This document shows positions 10,278 to 18,450 of a DNA stretch of 64,000 bases, one piece after another; the stretch's first letter is position 1; each line of letters opens with the position of its first letter. A program made the position numbers and the translations under genes. The stretch covers positions 117,365-181,364 of the forward strand of contig CALVXI010000001.1 in NCBI GenBank assembly GCA_944368975.1. Reading direction: 5' to 3'. Under the pieces are notes generated by a model. The model searched no databases. It was not told the DNA's origin and saw only the letters and a program-made list of their open reading frames with translations. This DNA comes from an uncultured Bacilli bacterium (lineage in GTDB: Bacteria > Bacillota_I > Bacilli_A > RFN20 > CAG-826).

Positions 10278-11615
10278 ATGAAGAAAAATGTTTGTTTATT
10301 ATTAGGAACTCTAAGTTTATTAACTATTTCATCATGTGATCCATCAAAAGGTAGCATTAATGAAAATTTAATAAAGGATGAGATTGAAAAAACTTATAAC
10401 TATTTTATGGCTACTACTAATTTAAAAGAGAATAGTAATGGCTATGGTTTAGTTCAAGACCGTTTTACAAATAAAAATAACTCATCAATTGCTGCTACTG
10501 GTTTTGCTTTAGCTGCTTATCCAATTTATGTTGAAGAAGGACTTATGACAAAAGAAGAAGCAAATGAAATTGTTACTAAGTCGCTTGAAACAATTTTACG
10601 AATTCAAAATGATGAAAGAGTAAGTTACGAAGGCTGTATTTCTCATTTTGTTAACATGAATACAGGCTTAAGAGTTGGTGGAAGCGAAATTTCAACTATC
10701 GATACAGCAATTTTAGTTAGTGGAGCTATTGCTAGTGGTGCTTATTTTGAAGGTGAAGCTGAAACTCTTGCTAATACTATTTGGAGTAATGTTGATTATA
10801 ATGCTTTCTCAATTGAAAGAAATGGTAAGAAATATATTTCAATGGGAACTGATAATCCTGCAAGCTTTGAAACAATTAAACAACTTGGACCTTGGGATTA
10901 TTATGCTGAACAATTAATGATTTATATTCTTGGAGCTGGAAATCCTAATGAAGAACATCGTATTAGTAAAGAATATTATGAAGATATAACTAAAAACATT
11001 GGTGAATTTGAAGGACATAGTCATATTTATTCTTGGTATGGTTCAATTTTTACTTATCAATTCTCACATGCTTTCTATGACTTCCATACATATGAAGATA
11101 GTGATGGAATTAATTGGCACGAAAATAGTGTTGAAGCAACTTTAACAAGTAAAGCATATAGTGAGTATTATGCTAAAGCTTATCGCACTTTCGAAGAAGG
11201 TGGTTGGGGATTAACAGCATGTGATACTCCTACTGGATATAGTGGATTACTTGGTACCCCACCAAGAGGATGGAATGATGTTGGAAGTAACTATCTAGAT
11301 ATAGAAGGAACAGTTGCTCCATGTGGTGCAATTGGTAGTTTCATTTTTACTCCAGAAGAATCTTATGAAGCTTTAGAGTTATTTAGAAGTTACAAAGCAT
11401 TAAATCATCCAGATTTTGGTTTATATGATTCATATAATTTAGATTATCGTGGAATTGAATGGTATTGCCGTGATTTTGTTGGTATTGATAAAGGTATATC
11501 AGTCTTAATGATGGGTAATTATCTTCATGATAATTTAATACAAGAACTCGTTATGTCTAATCCATACGTAATTGAGGGATTTACAAATAATGGATTTAGT
11601 AAAGTGAGTGAATAA
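10278..11615 (+). CDS. Lipoprotein, putative (alpha/alpha)6 glycoside hydrolase of the glucoamylase-like / GH144-like (DUF3131) type
   Basis: Lipobox LLTISSC. Segments SSIAATGFALAAY, DYYAEQLMIYILGAGNPNEEHRI and GGWGLTACDTPTGYSG resemble, from memory, the 'putative glucoamylase' domain of endo-beta-1,2-glucanases. Not verified by search. Confidence 0.5.
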   Translation: MKKNVCLLLGTLSLLTISSCDPSKGSINENLIKDEIEKTYNYFMATTNLKENSNGYGLVQDRFTNKNNSSIAATGFALAAYPIYVEEGLMTKEEANEIVTKSLETILRIQNDERVSYEGCISHFVNMNTGLRVGGSEISTIDTAILVSGAIASGAYFEGEAETLANTIWSNVDYNAFSIERNGKKYISMGTDNPASFETIKQLGPWDYYAEQLMIYILGAGNPNEEHRISKEYYEDITKNIGEFEGHSHIYSWYGSIFTYQFSHAFYDFHTYEDSDGINWHENSVEATLTSKAYSEYYAKAYRTFEEGGWGLTACDTPTGYSGLLGTPPRGWNDVGSNYLDIEGTVAPCGAIGSFIFTPEESYEALELFRSYKALNHPDFGLYDSYNLDYRGIEWYCRDFVGIDKGISVLMMGNYLHDNLIQELVMSNPYVIEGFTNNGFSKVSE

Positions 11616-11617
11616 AC

Positions 11618-12814
11618 ATGGAATTAAACAAAGTGAATGCATATAAAGAATTAGAGTTATCAGTAAAATTCTTTTTAGACACATTTTCAAAAGAAGATAT
11701 AAGTTATGGTCTAGTGCCTGATACATATTTAACGACTAAATCAAACATTTCTTCGATAGCGGGAACTGGTTATTTATTTAGTGCTTTAGTGATTGGAAGT
11801 GAAATAAATTTAATCAGTAAAAATAAAGCTAAAGAGATCGCTATTAAAGCTCTTAAAACTATTAAAAATTTAAAAAGAGTTAAAGGATGGTATTATCATT
11901 TTTACGATATAAATAATGGTCAAAATACTCTTCATAGCGAAGTTAGCAATATTGATTCATGTTTATTATTTTTAGGAATTCTTACTTGTGGAGAATATTT
12001 TAAAGGAGAAGTTGAAAAACTTGCAAAAGAGATATTTTTCCTTGCAGATTTCAACTATTTTTTAGATAAATCTACAAATATTATGAATATGGCAATCGAT
12101 TATAAAGGGAATATGTATGCTAAATGGGATTATTTAGCTGAACAACTTATGATCTATATTTTAGGTGTTAATACTTTAAATAAAGATTACCGTATTCCAA
12201 AAGAAACTTTCTATAGCTTTAAGAAAAAATTAATGAGTTATGAAGAACTTAATTTCTATGCTTCTTGGAATGGTTCTTTATTTACTTATCAATATACTCA
12301 AACTTATGTTGATTTTAGAAATACAATTGATAATGAAGGTATTAATTGGTTTAATAATTCTAAATTAGCAACTATAGCAAGTTATCGTTATAGTAAAAGT
12401 TTAAAAGATAAATATCGTTCAATTAATGAATTAAGTTGGGGATTAACTGCTTCAGCTAGTAAAAAGGGCTATAGTGGAAATTATTCAAGTATTCCACTAG
12501 GAGATAAAGTAAATACTGTTGATGGAACAATGGCTCCTACTGGAGCAATTAGTTCAATAGTATTTCTTGAAAAAGAATCTCTTGATGCTATTAATCATTA
12601 TTATTCATTACCTTATTTAGTTGGAAAATATGGATTATATGATGCTTATAATGATGATTTAAATTTTGTTGCAGATTACTATATCTCAATTGATAAAGGA
12701 AATGCGATGGTTATGTTAAGTAATTACTTTAATGAAACAATCTGGAAATATTTCAATCAAATTGATTTTATTAAAGAAGCTAAGGAAATAATTGGAATTC
12801 GAAAGGAGAATTAG
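11618..12814 (+). CDS. Cytoplasmic paralogue of the preceding glucoamylase-like / GH144-like protein
   Basis: No signal peptide. Shares blocks with the 10278-11615 product: SSIAGTGYLFSAL, DYLAEQLMIYILGVN, LFTYQY, GINWF/GINWH, SWGLTASASKKGYSG, APTGAISS/APCGAIGS, GLYDAYN/GLYDSYN. Confidence 0.5.
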   Translation: MELNKVNAYKELELSVKFFLDTFSKEDISYGLVPDTYLTTKSNISSIAGTGYLFSALVIGSEINLISKNKAKEIAIKALKTIKNLKRVKGWYYHFYDINNGQNTLHSEVSNIDSCLLFLGILTCGEYFKGEVEKLAKEIFFLADFNYFLDKSTNIMNMAIDYKGNMYAKWDYLAEQLMIYILGVNTLNKDYRIPKETFYSFKKKLMSYEELNFYASWNGSLFTYQYTQTYVDFRNTIDNEGINWFNNSKLATIASYRYSKSLKDKYRSINELSWGLTASASKKGYSGNYSSIPLGDKVNTVDGTMAPTGAISSIVFLEKESLDAINHYYSLPYLVGKYGLYDAYNDDLNFVADYYISIDKGNAMVMLSNYFNETIWKYFNQIDFIKEAKEIIGIRKEN

Positions 12815-12816
12815 TT

Positions 12817-13938
12817 ATGGGGAGAATTTCATTACAACATATTTATAAAATTTACCCAGGTGCCACTGAACCTGCGGTAAAAGATTTTACTTTGGAAATT
12901 CACGATAAGGAATTCGTAGTTTTCGTTGGTCCTTCTGGATGTGGTAAGTCTACTACATTAAGAATGATTGCAGGACTTGAAGAAATCTCTAAAGGTGATC
13001 TTTATATCGATGATCGTAAAGTCAATAAAGTTGAACCTAAAGATCGTGATATCGCAATGGTTTTCCAAAATTATGCACTTTATCCATATATGACAGTATT
13101 TCAAAATATGTCATTTGGACTTCGTTTAAGAAAAGTTCCTAAAAAGGAAATTGAACAAAAAGTTCTTAAAGCTGCAAAAATTTTAGGAATTGAAGAATAT
13201 CTTGACCGTAAACCTAAAGCTCTTAGTGGTGGTCAAAGACAAAGAGTTGCTTTAGGTAGAGCTATCGTTCGTGAACCAAAAGTTTTCTTACTTGACGAAC
13301 CTTTAAGTAACCTTGATGCTAAGATGCGTGCTCAAATGAGAACTGAAATCATTAAGCTTCATAACGAATTACAAACAACATTCGTCTATGTTACTCACGA
13401 TCAAACAGAAGCTATGACAATGGGTACAAGAATCGTCGTTATGAAAGATGGTGTTATTCAACAAGTTGATACACCAGATAACTTATATGATTATCCAACT
13501 AATAAATTCGTTGCTGGTTTTATTGGAACACCACAAATGAACTTTATCGATGTAACTTTAATTAAAGAAAATGAAAATACTTATGCTACATTTGGTAAAA
13601 ATAAAGTTAAATTAGATGAAGAAACAGTTAAGAGAATTAAGATTAGTGATTATAACAATCATCAATTTGTCTTAGGTATTAGGCCTGAAGATATTTATCT
13701 TGAAGATGAAAAAGCAACAAGAGAAAATGGTTTAGTTGAAGCAAAAGTTAAAGTCTTGGAAAAACTTGGAAATGAAATACTAGTTTACACAAATTGCAGT
13801 GGTAAAGATGGTGAACTTGTATTTAGAAGTAAACCAAGAACAAATATTTATGAAGATGATGTCATTTCATTAAGATTTGACACCAAACAAATACATTTAT
13901 TTGATTTTAATACTGAAGAAACAATTTTAACTAGATAG
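12817..13938 (+). CDS. msmX: Multiple-sugar ABC transporter ATP-binding protein (MsmX/MalK type)
   Basis: Walker A GPSGCGKST, signature LSGGQRQRVALGRA, Walker B VFLLDEPLSNLD, H-loop YVTHDQ. C-terminal TOBE-like domain ends ISLRFDTKQIHLFD. AAGGAG RBS. Confidence 0.9.
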   Translation: MGRISLQHIYKIYPGATEPAVKDFTLEIHDKEFVVFVGPSGCGKSTTLRMIAGLEEISKGDLYIDDRKVNKVEPKDRDIAMVFQNYALYPYMTVFQNMSFGLRLRKVPKKEIEQKVLKAAKILGIEEYLDRKPKALSGGQRQRVALGRAIVREPKVFLLDEPLSNLDAKMRAQMRTEIIKLHNELQTTFVYVTHDQTEAMTMGTRIVVMKDGVIQQVDTPDNLYDYPTNKFVAGFIGTPQMNFIDVTLIKENENTYATFGKNKVKLDEETVKRIKISDYNNHQFVLGIRPEDIYLEDEKATRENGLVEAKVKVLEKLGNEILVYTNCSGKDGELVFRSKPRTNIYEDDVISLRFDTKQIHLFDFNTEETILTR

Positions 13939-13948
13939 GGAGGGTTTT

Positions 13949-16342
13949 ATGAAAAAACGTAGTAGTTTATTATTGTTAAGTGTCATCGGTGTATCCATGC
14001 TTTTAGCAGGATGTAATCCTGGTGGCGGTGAAGGTGGAGATGGTGGTAATAAAGAACCAGGCGACACCTATAGTTTAATGAAATTCTGGGCAGGAAATGC
14101 CTCAGAAGAAATTTATTCTGTTGAAGAAAATGAAACTTCAACCGTTATTACTTATACAGATGCAGTTAGTGAAGGAAATGGCGGCTGGGAATTCATTGCT
14201 AGATCATTTGCATATGATACTCTTTATATTGACTATTTCGATAAATATGAAAAATTAACTTTTACTGGTAACCTAGAAACTACAAGTGGTACTAATGAAG
14301 TTATGATTAAGTTCGAAGGTGCTGGTTCTGGTAATTATGAAAAGAGATTTACTTTCGAAGAAGAAACTAGAACATATGAACTTCCATTAAACTTTATTAG
14401 TGATTGGTCACAAGTTTCTCAAATTACCTTATTTGTTAATAGAGGTGCTAATAGTAAAGAAAATGGAAGTGGTGTCATGACATTTACTGATATTAGCCTA
14501 TCAACCGAACCTGTTAATCCTGAAAATAATATTGCTCCTGATCAAGAAGATAAACCTCAAGAAGCTAATATTTATGCTGGTGAAAAAGATAAGTTTAATG
14601 TTATGAAAAGTTGGGGCTATGACAATACTGGAACTATTAAAACAACCGAAAATAGTGATGGAACATTTAAATTTGATTATGATAAAGATGCTTCACCACA
14701 AACATATGCTTATGCTAGTGCAAAAGTTGAAGGCGATTTAAGTATATCAGGATTTAAGAGACTCCATTTTGCTATTAATGGTACTGCTGGTCAACAATTA
14801 ATGGTTAAATTCCAAACCCATGACAATGCAAAAGCTAAAGAATTAACTATTGAATTAACTGGTGAAGATCAAACTGTCGATATTGATATTACTCAAATCA
14901 TTACCGCAACTTATGAAGCTGACGGAGTCACATATACTTCATTTATTGCAGGTATATTCCCACTTCCAGGTGCTACTAGTGGAAAAGGTAGTGTCACTTT
15001 AAAAGAATGTTATATGGATACAACTGAAGCAGTTATAATCGAAACACCTGTTAATACTCCTGAAGGTGATTACTTATATCTTACAAAACCTTATAAAAAT
15101 GATAGCATCTATGACTATTCTCTTGAAGGTAATAAGATGACAATCAATTATGAATATCCTGAAACAGCTACATTACCAACATGGGCTTCACTTATGTTTG
15201 ATATTGATGGTGAAAATTTAACACAATTTACAAAATTAACTGGTACAATTACTTCAACTGTTGATGTCCAAGTACTTTTAAAGAGCTATGATAATAACGA
15301 AAAAGGACAAACATTCATTGACTTAAAGGCTAATGAACAATATAAAGTTGATGTTGAAATTGATTCTAACATTATTAATAAGGATAAAGATTTTATCATT
15401 ATTATTGGAACTACTGAAACAAGTGCTAAAAAAGGTACTGTTGTATTTGAAAATTTACGTTATGAAAAAGATACTTCAATTCCTGTTATTTATGATAATG
15501 AAAGAGAAGGAGATGAACTTAAAATTACTAAATTTTCAGTAATCCCAGAACAATTTACTTTAACTAATGGTGAAAATTCTTTTGATGTTGACTATAAAAG
15601 AACTCAATTAGATTGGAATGGTTTAGAAGCAACAATTGGTGGTGAGAACTTAACTGAATTAAGAAAATTAACTGGTACTATTACAGCAACTGTTAATACG
15701 GATATAATTATTAAACAAACTGCTGAATCAGCACCTGCTAATGAAATTAAAAGAACATTAACTGCTAATACTCCACTTGTTCTTGATGAAGTGATTCCTG
15801 AAGAATTAATGGTTGAAGGTGCTAAGTTCATCATTATGATTGCTACACCTAATAATTCTGGTAGTGCTTTAGAAGGAAAAGTTACATTTACAAATTTAAA
15901 ATTTGTTAAATATGAAGAACCAGCTCCTGTAGTTGAAGAATTAGCAATTACTAGTTTTACTGATTATAGTGAAACAATCTATAGCTATACTTATACTGAA
16001 GGTTCTAAAGAATTAAAAATTGCCTTTGATAAAACAACCGATCCAACTGGATATCCAGGATTACAAGTTAAACTAAATGCAGAAAATTTAGTAGAATTTA
16101 AAAGAGTTACTGGAAAAGTAATTAGTGATGTTGATCAAAAAATTATCATTAAAAATTTGGGCTATGAAGAGCGTATAGATTTAAAAGCAGGAGTAGAAAC
16201 AGCAATTGATTTTGTTAGTCAAAAAGAGGACGTAAATGCAATGTTTGTTATTATGTTAGGTGTCCCTGAAGATCCTTATAAAGATGCTATTAAAGGTAAT
16301 GTAACATTTACTGACCTTAAAGTTACAAAAGTTAGTGCATAA
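13949..16342 (+). CDS. 797-aa surface lipoprotein with five tandem beta-sandwich-like (CBM-like) modules, putative glycan-capture protein
   Basis: Lipobox MLLAGC followed by a Gly-rich linker NPGGGEGGDGG. Five ~130-150-aa modules each end in G-x-V-T/V-F-x-[DN]-L: GVMTFTDISL, GSVTLKECYM, GTVVFENLRY, GKVTFTNLKF, GNVTFTDLKV. An ENL[TV].F.[KR][LV]TG motif recurs in modules 3-5. Confidence 0.6.
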   Translation: MKKRSSLLLLSVIGVSMLLAGCNPGGGEGGDGGNKEPGDTYSLMKFWAGNASEEIYSVEENETSTVITYTDAVSEGNGGWEFIARSFAYDTLYIDYFDKYEKLTFTGNLETTSGTNEVMIKFEGAGSGNYEKRFTFEEETRTYELPLNFISDWSQVSQITLFVNRGANSKENGSGVMTFTDISLSTEPVNPENNIAPDQEDKPQEANIYAGEKDKFNVMKSWGYDNTGTIKTTENSDGTFKFDYDKDASPQTYAYASAKVEGDLSISGFKRLHFAINGTAGQQLMVKFQTHDNAKAKELTIELTGEDQTVDIDITQIITATYEADGVTYTSFIAGIFPLPGATSGKGSVTLKECYMDTTEAVIIETPVNTPEGDYLYLTKPYKNDSIYDYSLEGNKMTINYEYPETATLPTWASLMFDIDGENLTQFTKLTGTITSTVDVQVLLKSYDNNEKGQTFIDLKANEQYKVDVEIDSNIINKDKDFIIIIGTTETSAKKGTVVFENLRYEKDTSIPVIYDNEREGDELKITKFSVIPEQFTLTNGENSFDVDYKRTQLDWNGLEATIGGENLTELRKLTGTITATVNTDIIIKQTAESAPANEIKRTLTANTPLVLDEVIPEELMVEGAKFIIMIATPNNSGSALEGKVTFTNLKFVKYEEPAPVVEELAITSFTDYSETIYSYTYTEGSKELKIAFDKTTDPTGYPGLQVKLNAENLVEFKRVTGKVISDVDQKIIIKNLGYEERIDLKAGVETAIDFVSQKEDVNAMFVIMLGVPEDPYKDAIKGNVTFTDLKVTKVSA

Positions 16343-16356
16343 TTAATTTAATCTTA

Positions 16357-16390
16357 ATCACAATGCTAAACTTCGGTTTAGCATTGTGAT
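16357..16390 (+). terminator. Strong hairpin at the operon end (15-bp perfect stem, UUCG loop)
   Basis: atcacaatgctaaac-ttcg-gtttagcattgtgat, 15 nt after the stop at 16342. It is followed by an A-rich rather than T-rich tract, so it may be a non-canonical terminator or an RNA-stabilising hairpin. Confidence 0.55.
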
Positions 16391-16449
16391 AACAAAAAAA
16401 TAAAAAAATATTCAAGAATAGAAGGGATTTAAATTAAAAATAGAAAGTT

Positions 16450-16470
16450 TTATTAACGATTTGTTAATAA
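16450..16470. promoter_or_regulatory. Inverted repeat (candidate operator) immediately upstream of the GH39-like gene
   Basis: TTATTAAC-gattt-GTTAATAA, perfect 8-bp arms, ending 15 nt before ATG 16486. No SD sequence is visible there. Confidence 0.3.
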
Positions 16471-16485
16471 ATAAGTTATTTATTT

Positions 16486-18030
16486 ATGGAAAAAGTATCG
16501 TATATATTAAATTATCAAAGTGAATCAAAACCAATTAATGAAATATGGAATTTCTCAATTGGTAGTTGCCATGCCTATACACTTCTAAGAAGTGATTTAA
16601 GAGAACAATTAAAAATAGCAAAAAAAGAATGTGGTTTTAAATTTATTCGTTTTCATGGCTTATTTAATGAACAAATGGGTGTTTGTTTTAGAGGCCATGA
16701 TGGTAAATTAGTTTTTAATTTTAATAATATTGATAATATATATGATTATTTATTATCAATAGATATGAAACCATTTGTTGAAATATCTTTTATGCCTGAA
16801 GCTTTAGCAAGTGATAAAAGTTATGTTTTTAGATATAAAGGAAATATAACTCCACCAAAAGATTATAATGAATGGAATTTATTTATTAAAACCTTTATTG
16901 AACATCTAATTTCTCGATATGGAAAAGAAGAAATTGAATCTTGGTTTTTTGAAGTTTGGAATGAACCTAATTTAGGTGCTGATATATATAACTATAATGT
17001 TGGTTTCTTTTATGGAAAGCAAAAAGATTATTTTAAATTATATAAAGAAACTGCTTTAACTATTAAAAGTGTTGATAATAATTTAAAAGTTGGTGGTCCA
17101 GCAAGTAGTAATAATCAATGGATCCCTGAATTTATTGAATTTTGTGAATCTAATAATGTTCCATTAGATTTTATTAGTACTCATCATTATCCTACTGATG
17201 TTATTTTTGGTGATAATTGTCAAGGTGGAAAGGAATTTAAAAAGCTTCAAGAAGATTTAGATAAAGCTGAAGATAAAAGTGCTATTTGGGAAAAATTTAA
17301 TAAGTTTAAAAGTGAAATTTGGAAATATGTTCCTAAAGATGCAACATATAATATGACTTTAAAAGCTAAAGAAGAAGCTAAAAATTATCCTTTATATTAC
17401 ACCGAACAATCATCTTTAAGTGGACTTAATACTGATGGAAGTTTTGGAGCAAGCTATATTGCAAAAATTAACTTTGATAATATGTATAATGTTAAAGGCT
17501 ATTCATATTGGTGTTTAAGCGATATATTTGAAGAACATTATCCTACTAGTGAGGAATTTCATGGAGGATTTGGTTTATTTACTTATCATGGAGTTAAAAA
17601 AGCACCATATAATGCTTATAAATTATTAAATAAAATTCATGGAGAAAAGTTTATTGATGAATTTAATTATAATAGTTTAAATATTAGAGTAATTAAAGAT
17701 GAATCGAAAGATTATATTTTGATTACTAATTTTGATAGCTTATATTATGTACCTGGTTTATATAAAGGTGAAATTACTTTAAGTAATTATAATAAAAATA
17801 TTAAGAAAATTAACGTTTATATAATTGATGATAATCATTCAAATGCTTATCATCAATATTTAAAGAAAAACTACACATCATATTTAAGTAAAGAAGAGTT
17901 AAATGATTTAATTAAAAATGGAAGTTTATATAAAAAAGAAGTTAAAGATTTTAAATTAGAAAATTCTAATTTATCTATTAACTTTAAAGTTGATGGATTT
18001 AGTGTAGTTTTATTTGAAATTATAAATTAA
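16486..18030 (+). CDS. Cytoplasmic clan GH-A glycoside hydrolase, GH39-like (beta-xylosidase family)
   Basis: 514 aa with no signal peptide. FFEVWNEPNL (acid/base Glu in the NEP motif), ISTHHYPTD and LYYTEQSS (candidate nucleophile). The N-terminal pattern resembles GH39 XynB. Confidence 0.6.
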   Translation: MEKVSYILNYQSESKPINEIWNFSIGSCHAYTLLRSDLREQLKIAKKECGFKFIRFHGLFNEQMGVCFRGHDGKLVFNFNNIDNIYDYLLSIDMKPFVEISFMPEALASDKSYVFRYKGNITPPKDYNEWNLFIKTFIEHLISRYGKEEIESWFFEVWNEPNLGADIYNYNVGFFYGKQKDYFKLYKETALTIKSVDNNLKVGGPASSNNQWIPEFIEFCESNNVPLDFISTHHYPTDVIFGDNCQGGKEFKKLQEDLDKAEDKSAIWEKFNKFKSEIWKYVPKDATYNMTLKAKEEAKNYPLYYTEQSSLSGLNTDGSFGASYIAKINFDNMYNVKGYSYWCLSDIFEEHYPTSEEFHGGFGLFTYHGVKKAPYNAYKLLNKIHGEKFIDEFNYNSLNIRVIKDESKDYILITNFDSLYYVPGLYKGEITLSNYNKNIKKINVYIIDDNHSNAYHQYLKKNYTSYLSKEELNDLIKNGSLYKKEVKDFKLENSNLSINFKVDGFSVVLFEIIN

Positions 18031-18066
18031 TATTTCAATTAATCCATCGTAATTTAATTTTGTTAG

Positions 18067-18140
18067 AAATAACCAGTTTTTACATTTTTCCCCTAACTTA
18101 ATACAAAAACCTGTAAAACACTGGTTATTTTTATTTTTCT
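18067..18140 (+). terminator. Putative terminator after the GH39-like gene (long-loop hairpin plus T-run)
   Basis: aaataaccagtttttaca ... tgtaaaacactggttattt forms an 18-bp stem with one bulge and a 27-nt loop, followed by ttttatttttc. Confidence 0.45.
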
Positions 18141-18390
18141 TTATTTATATACATAAATTTTTATTCACTGAAATTTACTAAATTTAATAAAATTTCAATA
18201 ATTTCATAATAGATTTTGCTTAATTCTATATTTAAAATTTGAAGTTATGAAAGAAGATTTATATTTAATAGATAAAAAATTCTAATACGTTTTGCTTTAA
18301 TTAATGATATTCATTTTTCAAGTAGCTTAGAAAGTATTACAAGTGATTATTATAAAAAAGCTTTAGCAGGATTAAATGAATATACAAATA

Positions 18391-18423
18391 AATGAGTAAG
18401 TTATACTTACTCATTTCTTTTAT
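18391..18423 (+). terminator. Canonical intrinsic terminator with no annotated gene in front of it
   Basis: aatgagtaagt-tat-acttactcatt (11-bp perfect stem) followed by tcttttat. It sits right after the TGA of a 40-codon start-less reading frame. Confidence 0.6.
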
Positions 18424-18450
18424 ATAAAAAATAATGTAAAATACTTAAGT

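Noticed and set aside
10115-10339. 74-aa + strand ORF in an alternative frame across the permease/lipoprotein junction
   Set aside because: It overlaps two strongly supported genes out of frame and has no independent signals.
10720-11726. Short ORFs 10720-10917 (+) and 11535-11726 (-) inside the glucoamylase-like genes
   Set aside because: They are nested in or antisense to conserved coding frames. Their hydrophobic low-complexity translations indicate spurious ORFs.
15333-15834. ORFs 15333-15542 (+) and 15604-15834 (-) within the 797-aa lipoprotein gene
   Set aside because: They are alternative-frame or antisense artefacts. The main frame carries the clear five-module repeat structure.
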